DNA of 11,514 nt from Octopus sinensis. Its lineage: Eukaryota. Location: NCBI RefSeq assembly GCF_006345805.1, contig NW_021826917.1, positions 1 through 11,514 on the forward strand, written 5' to 3'. The position numbers were made by a program, and so were the translations under genes. The notes under the pieces were generated by a model. It had not been told where the DNA came from and searched no databases. It saw only the letters and a program-made list of their open reading frames with translations. Below are positions 1 through 8,800 of the stretch, piece after piece (positions within the stretch are counted from its first letter, which is position 1; the number at the start of each line of letters is the position of its first letter).

Positions 1-1010
1 ATACACGTAGAATACTTTAAAACCACTGAATGAGAAAGCATATCAAAAAAGAATCGTTGAAATTTATAAAACAAAGCAAATACTCAATGAGAGATAAAAA
101 AATATTATACAGTATTTACAAGACTGAAACAACTACTATGGAAGAAAAAAAGGCATGCAGATATTGTAAAACACAACGGAAATATCGAACATATGGCAAT
201 ACAATGTGGGAAAATAGTATATACGAAATATAAAGAGAGACATGGTGATATAACCAAGATAATTTTGAGAACTTGTTACAGCAATATAACATACCAAACC
301 CCCCCCCCACAAAATCAGAAATGCGCAAATCGAAAAGATAACAACAAATCAAAAAGATAAGATTTTAGTAGATAGCCCAGTAATAACACCAAACCATATA
401 GAAAACAATAAACTTGATAATACACTATTTGACCACGAAAGAGAAGAAACAATAATAATCGAAATTAGAATAACATCGACAAAAAACTGAACGAAGTCGA
501 AATGACAAAAATACAAAAGTGTGGATGGAAGCACTCCGTCGGTTACGACGACGAGGGTTCCGGTTGATCCGAATCAACGGAACAGCCTGCTCGTGAAATT
601 AACGTGTAAGTGGCTGAGCACTCCACAGACACGTGTACCCTTAACGTAGTACTCGGGGATATTCAGCGTGACACAGAGAGTGACAAGTCCGGCCCTTTGA
701 AATACAGGTACAACAGAAACAGGAAGTAAGAGTGAGAGAAAGTTGTGGTGAAAGAGTACAGCAGGGATCACCACCATCCCCTGCCGGAGCATCGTGGAGC
801 TTTAGGTGTTTTCGCTCAATAAACACTCACAACGCCCGGTCTGGGAATCGAAGCCGCGATCCTATGACCGCGAGTCCGCTGCCCTAACCACTGGGCCATT
901 GCGCCTCCACACAAAAGTGTAATAGACTTGGTAAAGAAATTAAACAGATGAATGGATATAAGGTTAAAATAATACCAAGTATAAGGATTTGGGACGGATT
1001 GGTCTCAAAG
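1..1010 (+). mobile_element. Decayed REL-endonuclease non-LTR retrotransposon (R4/Dong/NeSL-like), C-terminal zinc knuckle plus PD-(D/E)xK region, interrupted by a SINE at 523-910
   Basis: Manual translation across frameshifts gives CRYCKTQ..NIEHMAIQCGKIVYTKYKERHGD (CCHC knuckle plus RH motif), then KILVDSPVITPNHIENNKLDNTLFDHEREETIIIEIRIT (degenerate KPD...IIE motif). After removing the SINE it continues LNEVEMTKIQKCNRLGKEIKQMNGYKVKIIPSIRIWDGLVSK. Several frameshifts. Clade assignment is from motif recall. Confidence 0.8.
523..910 (-). mobile_element. Full-length tRNA(Arg)-derived SINE (octopus OR-type), ~388 bp, with 10-bp TSD
   Basis: Minus strand starts GTGGAGGCGCAATGGCCCAGTGGTTAGGGCAGCGGACTCGCGGTC. 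A box TGGCCCAGTGG (888-898), B-box-like GGCTTCGATTCC (844-855). Perfect direct repeat ACAAAAGTGT at 513-522 and 911-920. A second copy of the head lies at 10371. Confidence 0.93.
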
Positions 1011-1445
1011 GGGAAAAAAGAAAGGTGAAATGTACATTTGGTGCAGTGTAATCAACAGGGACAGTGCCCAAGATGGGAGGAATATGTGGTCAGCCGCAAA
1101 ATCACATGGAAAGAACTTTGGGCTTGGGAACAAGCAGGAACATCCTTGCTGATCAAGTCCACCTTCGACGTTTTGCCGTCACCGGTCAACTTAGTCCGGT
1201 GGAACTTACAAACAGTTGATGAATGTAAATGCAGAGAGAAAGCGATGATGCGACATGTCCTGTCAAACTGCAGGCTGGCACTGGACAGATATACATGGCG
1301 TCACAAACAAGTCCTCGGTGTTATAAGCACAGCACTCAAGGAGAAGATCGAGGAGCACTATAGGGGAGAGTACCCGAAAGGGGAAAAGCGGGGAAGGATA
1401 TACTTCCAGAAAGAGGGAAAAGGACTTAAGATCAGGTATTGACCC
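1011..1445 (+). mobile_element. Fragment of a second REL non-LTR retrotransposon (HERO-clade-like), post-RT and zinc-knuckle region; includes ORF 1038-1442
   Basis: QQGQCPRWE..RKITWKELW..LLIKSTFDVLPSPVNLVRW..CKC..RHVLSNCRLALDRYTWRHKQVL..IYFQKEG resembles the recalled HERO signature QQGxW.RWE..R.ITW..LW..YDVLPSP.NL..W..C..C..HIL..C..RY.WRH.QVL. In-frame stop at 1026-1028 just upstream; no RT or endonuclease catalytic region present. Confidence 0.85.
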
Positions 1446-1495
1446 ACGGTCCAGAGAAACTGACCAAGGTTATAATTAGAGGGAGCAGTTTATAA

Positions 1496-1581
1496 TGGAA
1501 ATCTGTCCACAGGTGGAATTTGCCATAGTGGAATTTACCTGCTGGAATTTTCCGTGGTGGAATTTACTTCGATGGAAATCA

Positions 1582-1583
<2 letters not shown>
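1496..1583. repeat. Degenerate ~15-bp-period repeat with invariant TGGAA core (6 units)
   Basis: TGGAA at 1496, 1514, 1529, 1543, 1558 and 1573 (spacings 18, 15, 14, 15, 15). The middle four read TGGAATTT; the spacers vary. Confidence 0.8.

Positions 1584-1647
<64 letters not shown>
1584..1647. repeat. (TA)n microsatellite, abutting the 3' end of the SINE at 1651
   Basis: Direct reading. Confidence 0.95.
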
Positions 1648-1648
<1 letters not shown>

Positions 1649-1650
1649 TT

Positions 1651-1800
1651 ATGACGAGCTTACTTCAGTTTCCGTCTACCAAATGCACACAAGGCTTTAG
1701 TCGGCCCAAAGGCATTTGCTCAAGGTGCCATGCAGTGAATTTGAACCTGGAACCATGTAGTTGTGGAAGAAACGTCTTACCACCCAACCACGCCAGGGCG
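1651..1800 (-). mobile_element. Decayed tRNA-derived SINE, second family (octopus type whose body runs into a microsatellite)
   Basis: Minus strand GGCGTGGTTGGGTGGTAAGA (A-box-like)...GGTTCAAATTCACTGCATGGCACCTTGAGCAAATG (B box 1736-1747)...AAAGCCTTGTG..TTTGGTAGACGGAAACTGAAGTAAGCTCGTC, followed by (TA)n. Matches a recalled octopus SINE consensus with a short internal deletion. Confidence 0.8.
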
Positions 1801-1817
1801 CATTACATATTTCACAT

Positions 1818-1965
1818 TATATATGTGTGTGTGTGCTTGCACGGGTATATGTATGTGTGTGCATGTACACGTGTGTGTATGTGTGCGTATGTTTGTTTGT
1901 GTGTGTTTGTTTGTGTGTGTGTGTATGTGTGTGTGTGTGTGTGTCTATTTAAATACATATACACA
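1818..1965. repeat. Imperfect (TG)n/(TGTA)n microsatellite
   Basis: Direct reading. Confidence 0.9.
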
Positions 1966-2071
1966 TAAGCAAATACAAGAACTTGAAACAAAACGAGAAA
2001 GAAAGCCAGTGAGAAAGGGATTTGTGATGAAAAACAAACACAAATGAACTGTTGTATGAAAATGAAAAGGA

Positions 2072-2180
2072 ACAACAGCAACAGCAATACCAACGACAAC
2101 AACAATACCGCCATTAATAATAATAATAATAATAATAATATACTAAAATAATAATAATAATAATAATAATAGTAATAGTA

Positions 2181-2222
<42 letters not shown>

Positions 2223-2226
2223 GTAA

Positions 2227-2259
<33 letters not shown>

Positions 2260-2397
2260 TAATAATAGAAATAATAATAAGTAATAATAATAATAGTAAT
2301 AGTAAGAAATAATAATAATAATAATAAGAATAATAATAATAATAGTAATGTAATAGTAATAATAATAATAATAATAATAATAGTAATAGTAATAGTA

Positions 2398-2428
<31 letters not shown>

Positions 2429-2455
2429 TAGAATAGTAATAATAATAAAATAATG

Positions 2456-2489
<34 letters not shown>

Positions 2490-2564
2490 TAATAGTAATA
2501 GTAATAGTAATAATAATAATAATAATAATTAATAAATAGAATAATTAATAATAATAATAATAAT

Positions 2565-2601
<37 letters not shown>

Positions 2602-2623
2602 TAATAATAATAATAAATGATGG

Positions 2624-2660
<37 letters not shown>

Positions 2661-2680
2661 AAAAAACAACATCAACAACG
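2072..2680. repeat. Compound trinucleotide tract: (CAA)n, then ~500-bp (AAT)n with AGT variants (2115-2617), then (GAT)n (2618-2660)
   Basis: Direct reading. Confidence 0.97.
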
Positions 2681-2869
2681 ATGAGATCAGTAAGGCATAT
2701 ATAAAAGAGAATAAACTGACATGGCAAATGGTTGTATTCTAGCGAGAAGTTTCATGTTCATCATTATAAAAGTTGGTTTGTTTCATGGTAACTGTCTATT
2801 TTAAAAGCTGCCATATATTGACAAGATGGCTGCAAACGACAAATTGCTCCAAATGGCGCACAGTTTGAT

Positions 2870-2974
2870 GTATACATAGATATATATATATACGTAAATA
2901 TACGCATCCATAAACACATACACAAATTCCGATATGTATCTTTGTTTGCACTCACATGCATGCCTATATATATA

Positions 2975-3022
<48 letters not shown>

Positions 3023-3345
3023 TATATATTAATATATGTATGTATATATATGTAGCAAAAATTAGATTCATATGAATTAGGTACATGCATATATATGCAA
3101 CTACATATATCAATATGTAAGTATGCGTCTATTTCATTATATATATTTTTTTTTTATTTTATTTATATATTTGACTCTATTTTATTCACTTTCTTTTTTT
3201 TCGTCCACCATCTTAAATGCACTAAAATGAACGCAGTGTATATGTGTGTGTTTGTGCACGAGTAAGTATATATATATATATATACTAATATATATATATA
3301 TATATGTATGGTATATGTATTTGTATATTTGTGCGTTTGTGTGTC
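2870..3345. repeat. Interrupted (TA)n/(TG)n low-complexity region
   Basis: TA runs at 2880-2892, 2965-3050 and 3267-3305 with TG patches. Confidence 0.8.
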
Positions 3346-3679
3346 TTAACATGTCGGTTTGAGCCGGGCAATTGGAAGTTTATGATGTTTTCTCTTTAGA
3401 TTTAAGTGATGCTTACAATACAAGGAAACGATGGGTGCGGGTGCGGGTGCGGAAGAGGTGGGAGAGATTCGGCAGAAGATGAAGGAGAAACAAAGAGAGA
3501 GAGAGAAAGAGAAAAGGAAAGAAAGGAAAGAAAGAACGCAGCTATGAATTCACGGTGCAAGCTGTAGATCTTAGAAAGTATAAGTGCGTTTTGGGGCGTG
3601 CGTATGCGTTTGTGTGAGTGCGTGCTTATATGAGATAGAGTTGTGGGTATATGAGATAGTATCATTGTGTATACTCGTT

Positions 3680-3738
3680 TATAATAATATATATATATAT
3701 ATAATATATATATATATATGTATGTATATGTATGTATG

Positions 3739-3779
<41 letters not shown>

Positions 3780-3985
3780 TCACACACACACACACACACA
3801 CATGTGCGTATATGTAAATATGGACGTACACATATATGATATACTCATATAGATATATGTACATGTACATCTAAATGTGTGTCTATGTGTATGTATATAT
3901 ATATATTAAAATGCAGTAAGCAAGTTATATCAAGGAGGTTAAAGTTTACAAACTCACATATAAACAAATTTAGATGCAGCAACAA

Positions 3986-4025
<40 letters not shown>

Positions 4026-4202
4026 TGTGTGTGTGTGTGTGCGTGCGAGTGTGTATGCGTGTATGTGTGAATTATGTATTTATGTTGGTGCGTATGTATT
4101 TATACGAATATGCATACATGTGATACGGGGACAGACACACACACATACACACACAAACAGAAACACACATGCACACAAACACGCGTACACACCTACACAT
4201 AC
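3680..4202. repeat. Compound (TA)n/(TATG)n/(CA)n/(TG)n microsatellites
   Basis: Direct reading. Confidence 0.9.
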
Positions 4203-4422
4203 AAATTCACGAATATAAATGAAATAGAATGGAGTAAAAATTTTACATGGAAATGTGTTGGGAATGAGAAGAGAAAACTAAGTAGAAATCATGGAAATGT
4301 GTTTCCATAGAACGGACCATTTAACAAGAAAAAAATATATATTCCAGAAAGCAAAGCAAAAATGATTTGACTGTCTTTTTGGAGATACGAATCATTCATA
4401 ACAGACTTCTGGAACTATTTTT

Positions 4423-4478
4423 AACAACAACAACAACACCACCACCAACAACAACAACAACAATAGTAATAATAATAA
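4423..4478. repeat. Compound (CAA)n(CCA)n(CAA)n(TAA)n
   Basis: Direct reading. Confidence 0.9.
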
Positions 4479-4586
4479 TATAAAAGACAGTGTAGATAAT
4501 ATTATGGAAGTATAAAGGATCAATTTTTAGAAAAATATGTTTTCCGCCTCTTCGGAGATACGTATTAATGTTTGTGCGAATATATT

Positions 4587-4634
4587 TATACATACATACA
4601 TACATACATACACACACATGTATATATATATATA

Positions 4635-4683
<49 letters not shown>

Positions 4684-4789
4684 TATTCTTATAATTTAAA
4701 TATATATATATAGACATATATATATAGACATATATACATATATATATATATGTGTATGTGTATATATTATATATATATATATATAATAT
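4587..4789. repeat. (TACA)n/(TA)n microsatellite
   Basis: Direct reading. Confidence 0.95.
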
Positions 4790-4974
4790 GCAATATCCCA
4801 AGTTAGCGCGGGCGCCTTGATAGAACACCGAATACTTCGTTAATTAGCCTTGAGAGATCCTCTCATATCGGCGCTCGCTTGTTCACTAATCGCATAAAAA
4901 AGTACACCCGTAGATCTCAGCAGACGAGAATCGTCTGTTATGAGCAATGGAACTTTTATATGGTTCCATTCTCT

Positions 4975-5676
4975 TTTTCATCGACCAATGGCGGTTTTTT
5001 GTTGTTGTTTTTTACTCTTTTTTTTTGGCAAATCTTTGCACAATGCTTCCAATTGACAACGATGCTTCTTTGCAGTAACAGTTTCATTGATGCTGTTCCC
5101 TTACCACGAAACACAGAGCATATCTTTTTTCCAGTGTATTCACAGTTTGGGGATGGATCCTACTTTTCATTATGCTAACCATTGTTTGCGTTGGATATGA
5201 TAATAGAGAACCAACTTTTCATCGCTTGCAATGATTTTACCCAAAACAGATTCGGTAACAAATCTACTTCTTCACTGACGAGTACGAAGCAAAGCTTTTG
5301 TGAAACTGAGAAGCAGTTTAAACAGTTTTCCTAATTCATGAAAGTGTTTTGGGATCGAAGCTTGACTTGAACTGAACTGGGATATTTTAAACACAATTCT
5401 CTGGCAGTTTCCTCTAGATTTTCTTATCTATGGCTTTTGGAAGCGCAATGTTGACAGAAGTTGATCGTCCAAATTCAGTGAATCTCCAAGAGAAAAATTT
5501 GCCGAATGAAACTAGCCAAACCATCATTGGCAGGTCCGTGCAGTTAAATTTTCATTTCCGTTGAGAGATGAAAAGTCCGTTGATAGATAAATATTTCTTG
5601 TAGGTTCCATTGCTAAAGAAACTCTTTTCAATTCAAACAGTATGTAGTGTTTGATATGAGTCTGAACTGAACTTAT
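4975..5676 (-). mobile_element. Heavily decayed mariner (Tc1/mariner) transposase pseudogene, N-terminal HTH through first catalytic Asp; no TIRs visible
   Basis: Minus-strand translation across stops and frameshifts: HIKHYILFELKRVSLAMEPTRNIY; NENLTARTCQ*WFG*FHSANFSLGD..GRSTSV; LGKIIASDEKLVLYYHIQRKQWL (TGDEKW motif, DEK at 5215-5223); PKL*IHWKKDMLCVSW; NETVTAKKHRCQLEALCKDL; KPPLVDEK. These are colinear with Mos1/Hsmar1-type transposases. The putative start codon appears mutated to ATA (5676-5674). Confidence 0.88.
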
Positions 5677-5704
5677 TCTTAAAGGGTAAAAATTGATGCG
5701 AATA

Positions 5705-6090
5705 TAGCCATTATATCGTCTCCAGTATTCAACTGGTACTTATTTTATCCACCTCGAAAGAATGAAAGGCAAAGTCGACCACAGTGGGATTTGAACTCAG
5801 AAAGTAAAGATGGACGAAATACCTATCTCTTTACTACCCACAAGGTGCTAAACGCAGACAGGACAAACAAGGACAGACAAACGTTTTAAGTCGATTATAT
5901 CGACCCCAGTGCGTTACTGGTACTTAATTTATCGACCCCGAAAGGATGAAAGGCAAAGTCGACCTCGGCGAAATTTGAACTCAGAACGTAACGGCAGACG
6001 AAATATGGCTACGCATTTCGCCCGGCGTGCTAACGTTTCTGCCAGCTCGCCGCCTTCTATGGACGAAATACCATTAAGCATTTCGTCCGT
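5705..6090 (-). mobile_element. Older, diverged tRNA-derived SINE (third family), truncated at both ends and split by a younger copy; its pieces are 5705-5823 and 6059-6090
   Basis: Joining the halves on the minus strand gives ACGGACGAAATGCTTAATGGTATTTCGTCCATCTTTACTTTCTGAGTTCAAATCCCACTGTGGTCGACTTTGCCTTTCATTC..., which is homologous to 11275-11508. Confidence 0.88.
5824..6058 (-). mobile_element. Full-length younger SINE (third family) with 14-bp TSD ATGGACGAAATACC
   Basis: Minus strand AAGGCGGCGAGCTGGCAGAAACGTTAGC...GAGTTCAAATT (B box)...GTGGGTAGTAAAGAGATA. Direct repeat at 5810-5823 and 6059-6072. Closely similar along its full length to 11275-11508. Confidence 0.93.
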
Positions 6091-6149
6091 CTTAATGGTC
6101 GAGGTGTTTGTAATAATACAAACAATATATATAGATATATAAATATCAT

Positions 6150-6515
6150 GTCACAACACCCATTACCTTTCATGCACTTCTATCATACCTTCCATATTCC
6201 TCTGACTTTCCCTTTTGCCTTACATTTGCGCCCACTCTCACCTCCTTACTTCTAAGCTTTCCTCACACATAACACAATTACACACAACAACACCTCGCCC
6301 CTACGAACGTAGTCTTCTATTTTTTACACCTGCACACTTCTACACTCATATATAAGCCCCAAAAAAGTCACGCAAACTACTTCCTCCATATTCGCTCTTT
6401 CTTCAGGTGAAGGACAAACGCCCGAATCGTTAACATTCTTTTCTGAGCGTTAAGCTAAATCAGTAATTGCTAGAACATTTTCCTCCTGTATTAGCGTTTC
6501 CTTCTTCTTAACTTA
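6150..6515 (+). mobile_element. Probable decayed Penelope-like element terminal repeat (pLTR) with degenerate hammerhead ribozyme
   Basis: C/T-rich tract, then TATATAAGCC (~6348-6358), then CAGGTGA-AGGACAAACGCCC-GAAT-CGTTA (6404-6432), resembling the minimal CTGANGA-stemII-GAAACGTTA motif of Penelope pLTRs. The layout matches a recalled octopus repeat. Boundaries are approximate. Confidence 0.55.
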
Positions 6516-6534
6516 TTGGTCATCGGATTTACAA

Positions 6535-6593
6535 TATGTGTGTCTACGTGTGTGCTTGTGTGAATATGTACCTGTGTGTGATTTTTTGTATGC

Positions 6594-6625
<32 letters not shown>

Positions 6626-6638
6626 CTATAGATATATA

Positions 6639-6674
<36 letters not shown>

Positions 6675-6830
6675 TGTATGTATGTATGTATGTATGTATG
6701 TGATGTATGTGAGTGTGTGTGTGTATATATACATGCATATATGAGTACAGGACATCAAAAAAAACGTCACCAAAATGAGAAATGAGATAGACAACATAAA
6801 GAACATTCCCTTCATCAGTTGGGTATGCAT

Positions 6831-6886
<56 letters not shown>
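6535..6886. repeat. (TG)n/(TA)n/(TATG)n microsatellites surrounding a short unique insert at 6743-6829
   Basis: Direct reading. Confidence 0.9.
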
Positions 6887-6889
<3 letters not shown>

Positions 6890-6967
6890 ACTTCGTGGTG
6901 GTCATTTTTTGCCAAATGTACACACACTAGATATTTTTTTTTCACTCGTTTATTACTGTTATTTCAT

Positions 6968-7012
6968 ATCATCATCATCATCATCATCATCATCATTATT
7001 ATTATTATTAAG

Positions 7013-7046
<34 letters not shown>

Positions 7047-7077
7047 TATTATTGATATATATTATATATATATATAT
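6968..7077. repeat. (TCA)n(TTA)n(TA)n compound microsatellite
   Basis: Direct reading. Confidence 0.93.
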
Positions 7078-7122
7078 GCGTATGTATGAAATTCATGTAA
7101 ATGCATCTATATGTGCATATAG

Positions 7123-7146
7123 ATGGACAGACAGACAGACAGGTAT

Positions 7147-7200
<54 letters not shown>

Positions 7201-7236
7201 GATAGATTATAGATAGATAGATAGATAGATAGATAT
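7123..7236. repeat. (GACA)n/(GATA)n microsatellite
   Basis: Direct reading. Confidence 0.95.
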
Positions 7237-7477
7237 TGTATATTACTTTTCTTTAATACACTTTTTTATCTGCTAGTGCTTGTTTTTCTCTTCCCTGTCC
7301 CTTAACCAATATATTCCAAATGTTATCTTTGACAGATCCATTGTCTAAATCTACCTTTCAACAAATTGATGTCACTTTAAATATTATCTCAGATTAGGGG
7401 ATCGACTAACCCCACTCCTACCTCTTCACCTATTATTTATATATTCTTTTCTTGTTTTTTCATTGCTACTCAACAGT

Positions 7478-7577
7478 CATGATGGTACTGGTGGTGGTGG
7501 TGATGGTAGTGGTGGTGGTCGTGATGGTCGTCGTCGTCATCGCGGTGACGGCGGCGGTGGGTAAGGTGGTGATGATG

Positions 7578-7622
<45 letters not shown>

Positions 7623-7995
7623 TCGACGACAGTGATGGCGGCGTTAGAGGTGGCACTACGGGTGTTGTTGTTGTTGCTGTTGGTGGTGGTGATGGTGGTG
7701 GTAGTAGTGGTTGTGGTTGTGGTGGTGATGGCATTGGCTTTGGTGGTGGCATTAGTGGTAGTTGTGGCGGTGGTGGTGGAGGTAGTGGTGGAGGTGGTGG
7801 TGGTGGTGACGGTGACGGTTGAATGGTGGTCGTGGCGGTAGTAGTAGTGCTGATGGTTGATGGCGACGGATGTAATGATAACGATGTTAATGATGATGAT
7901 GATAATGATGACTACGACCATGATGACAATGTTGGTTATGATGCTGATGCTGCTGCTGATGATGATGATGATGACTACGATGACGTTGCTGATTA
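7478..7995. repeat. Degenerate compound trinucleotide tract (GGT/GTA/GTT/GAT/GCT)n
   Basis: Direct reading; source of the poly-V, poly-T, poly-D and poly-M ORFs. Confidence 0.93.
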
Positions 7996-8035
7996 TGTTT
8001 ATGTCATTTAACCATAAATGTTTACATATGAATAT

Positions 8036-8036
<1 letters not shown>

Positions 8037-8072
<36 letters not shown>
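8037..8072. repeat. (CA)n microsatellite
   Basis: Direct reading. Confidence 0.97.
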
Positions 8073-8075
<3 letters not shown>

Positions 8076-8254
8076 GATGTAACAATGTATATAATATTTA
8101 TCTGTCGCGCGGTTTTAAATATTAGTTTTTACACAAATCTGTGATATGTATTTTGCCCCATTATGTGTTTAACTTACATATGACCTCTTTTATCTCGATT
8201 TTTTCTTTTCTATCGTTGCACGTTATAAATTCACAGCCGCACTCAAAGAAAGTT

Positions 8255-8323
8255 ATGTGTGTGTATGTGTGCGTGTGTGTGTAGAATCTATATATACATA
8301 TATAATGTGAATATACACATACC

Positions 8324-8368
<45 letters not shown>

Positions 8369-8502
8369 CACACAGACACACAAACGCGCACGCGCACACA
8401 TAACACATATGTATACATACATCCATATATACATACGTACGTATACGGGTGGTTGTCACTTTGTCTCTGTATCTTACTGTTATTCTCTCTCTCTATCTTT
8501 AT

Positions 8503-8585
<83 letters not shown>

Positions 8586-8701
8586 GATAGATAGATAGAT
8601 ATGTCTGTTTGTTACTGTTTTTCCCTTTCTCAAGATCTCTCCATCTCCATGTTTGTCTCTTCCCTCCCTCTCCCACTCTCTGACCTTCGTGCATACTAGT
8701 C

Positions 8702-8736
<35 letters not shown>

Positions 8737-8761
8737 TATATATATAGATATATATATAATA

Positions 8762-8797
<36 letters not shown>
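8255..8797. repeat. Cluster of (TG)n, (TA)n, (CA)n, (GATA)n (8502-8601) and (TA)n (8703-8797)
   Basis: Direct reading. Confidence 0.9.

Positions 8798-8800
<3 letters not shown>

Noticed and set aside
835-910. tRNA-Arg gene
   Set aside because: The tRNA-like head continues into a SINE body with TSDs, and the cloverleaf is imperfect.
1038-1442. 134-aa ORF as a host gene
   Set aside because: It is an internal piece of a LINE ORF with an in-frame stop just upstream and a non-ATG start.
2115-2617. Telomeric repeat, or LINE target/tail
   Set aside because: (AAT)n is not a telomere motif and is not adjacent to either LINE fragment.
3400-3547. Possible exon after TTTCTCTTTAG, or short ORF MGAGAGAEEVGEIRQKMKEK
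   Set aside because: Low-complexity purine tract with stops, no recognisable protein and no convincing donor site.
4879-5178. 99-aa plus-strand ORF
   Set aside because: Antisense to the decayed mariner, spans a T-rich run and has a non-ATG start.
6743-6829. CTGATGA on the minus strand (6812-6818) as a hammerhead core
   Set aside because: No GAAA partner or stems in the retained fragment. It may be a repeat remnant but cannot be called.
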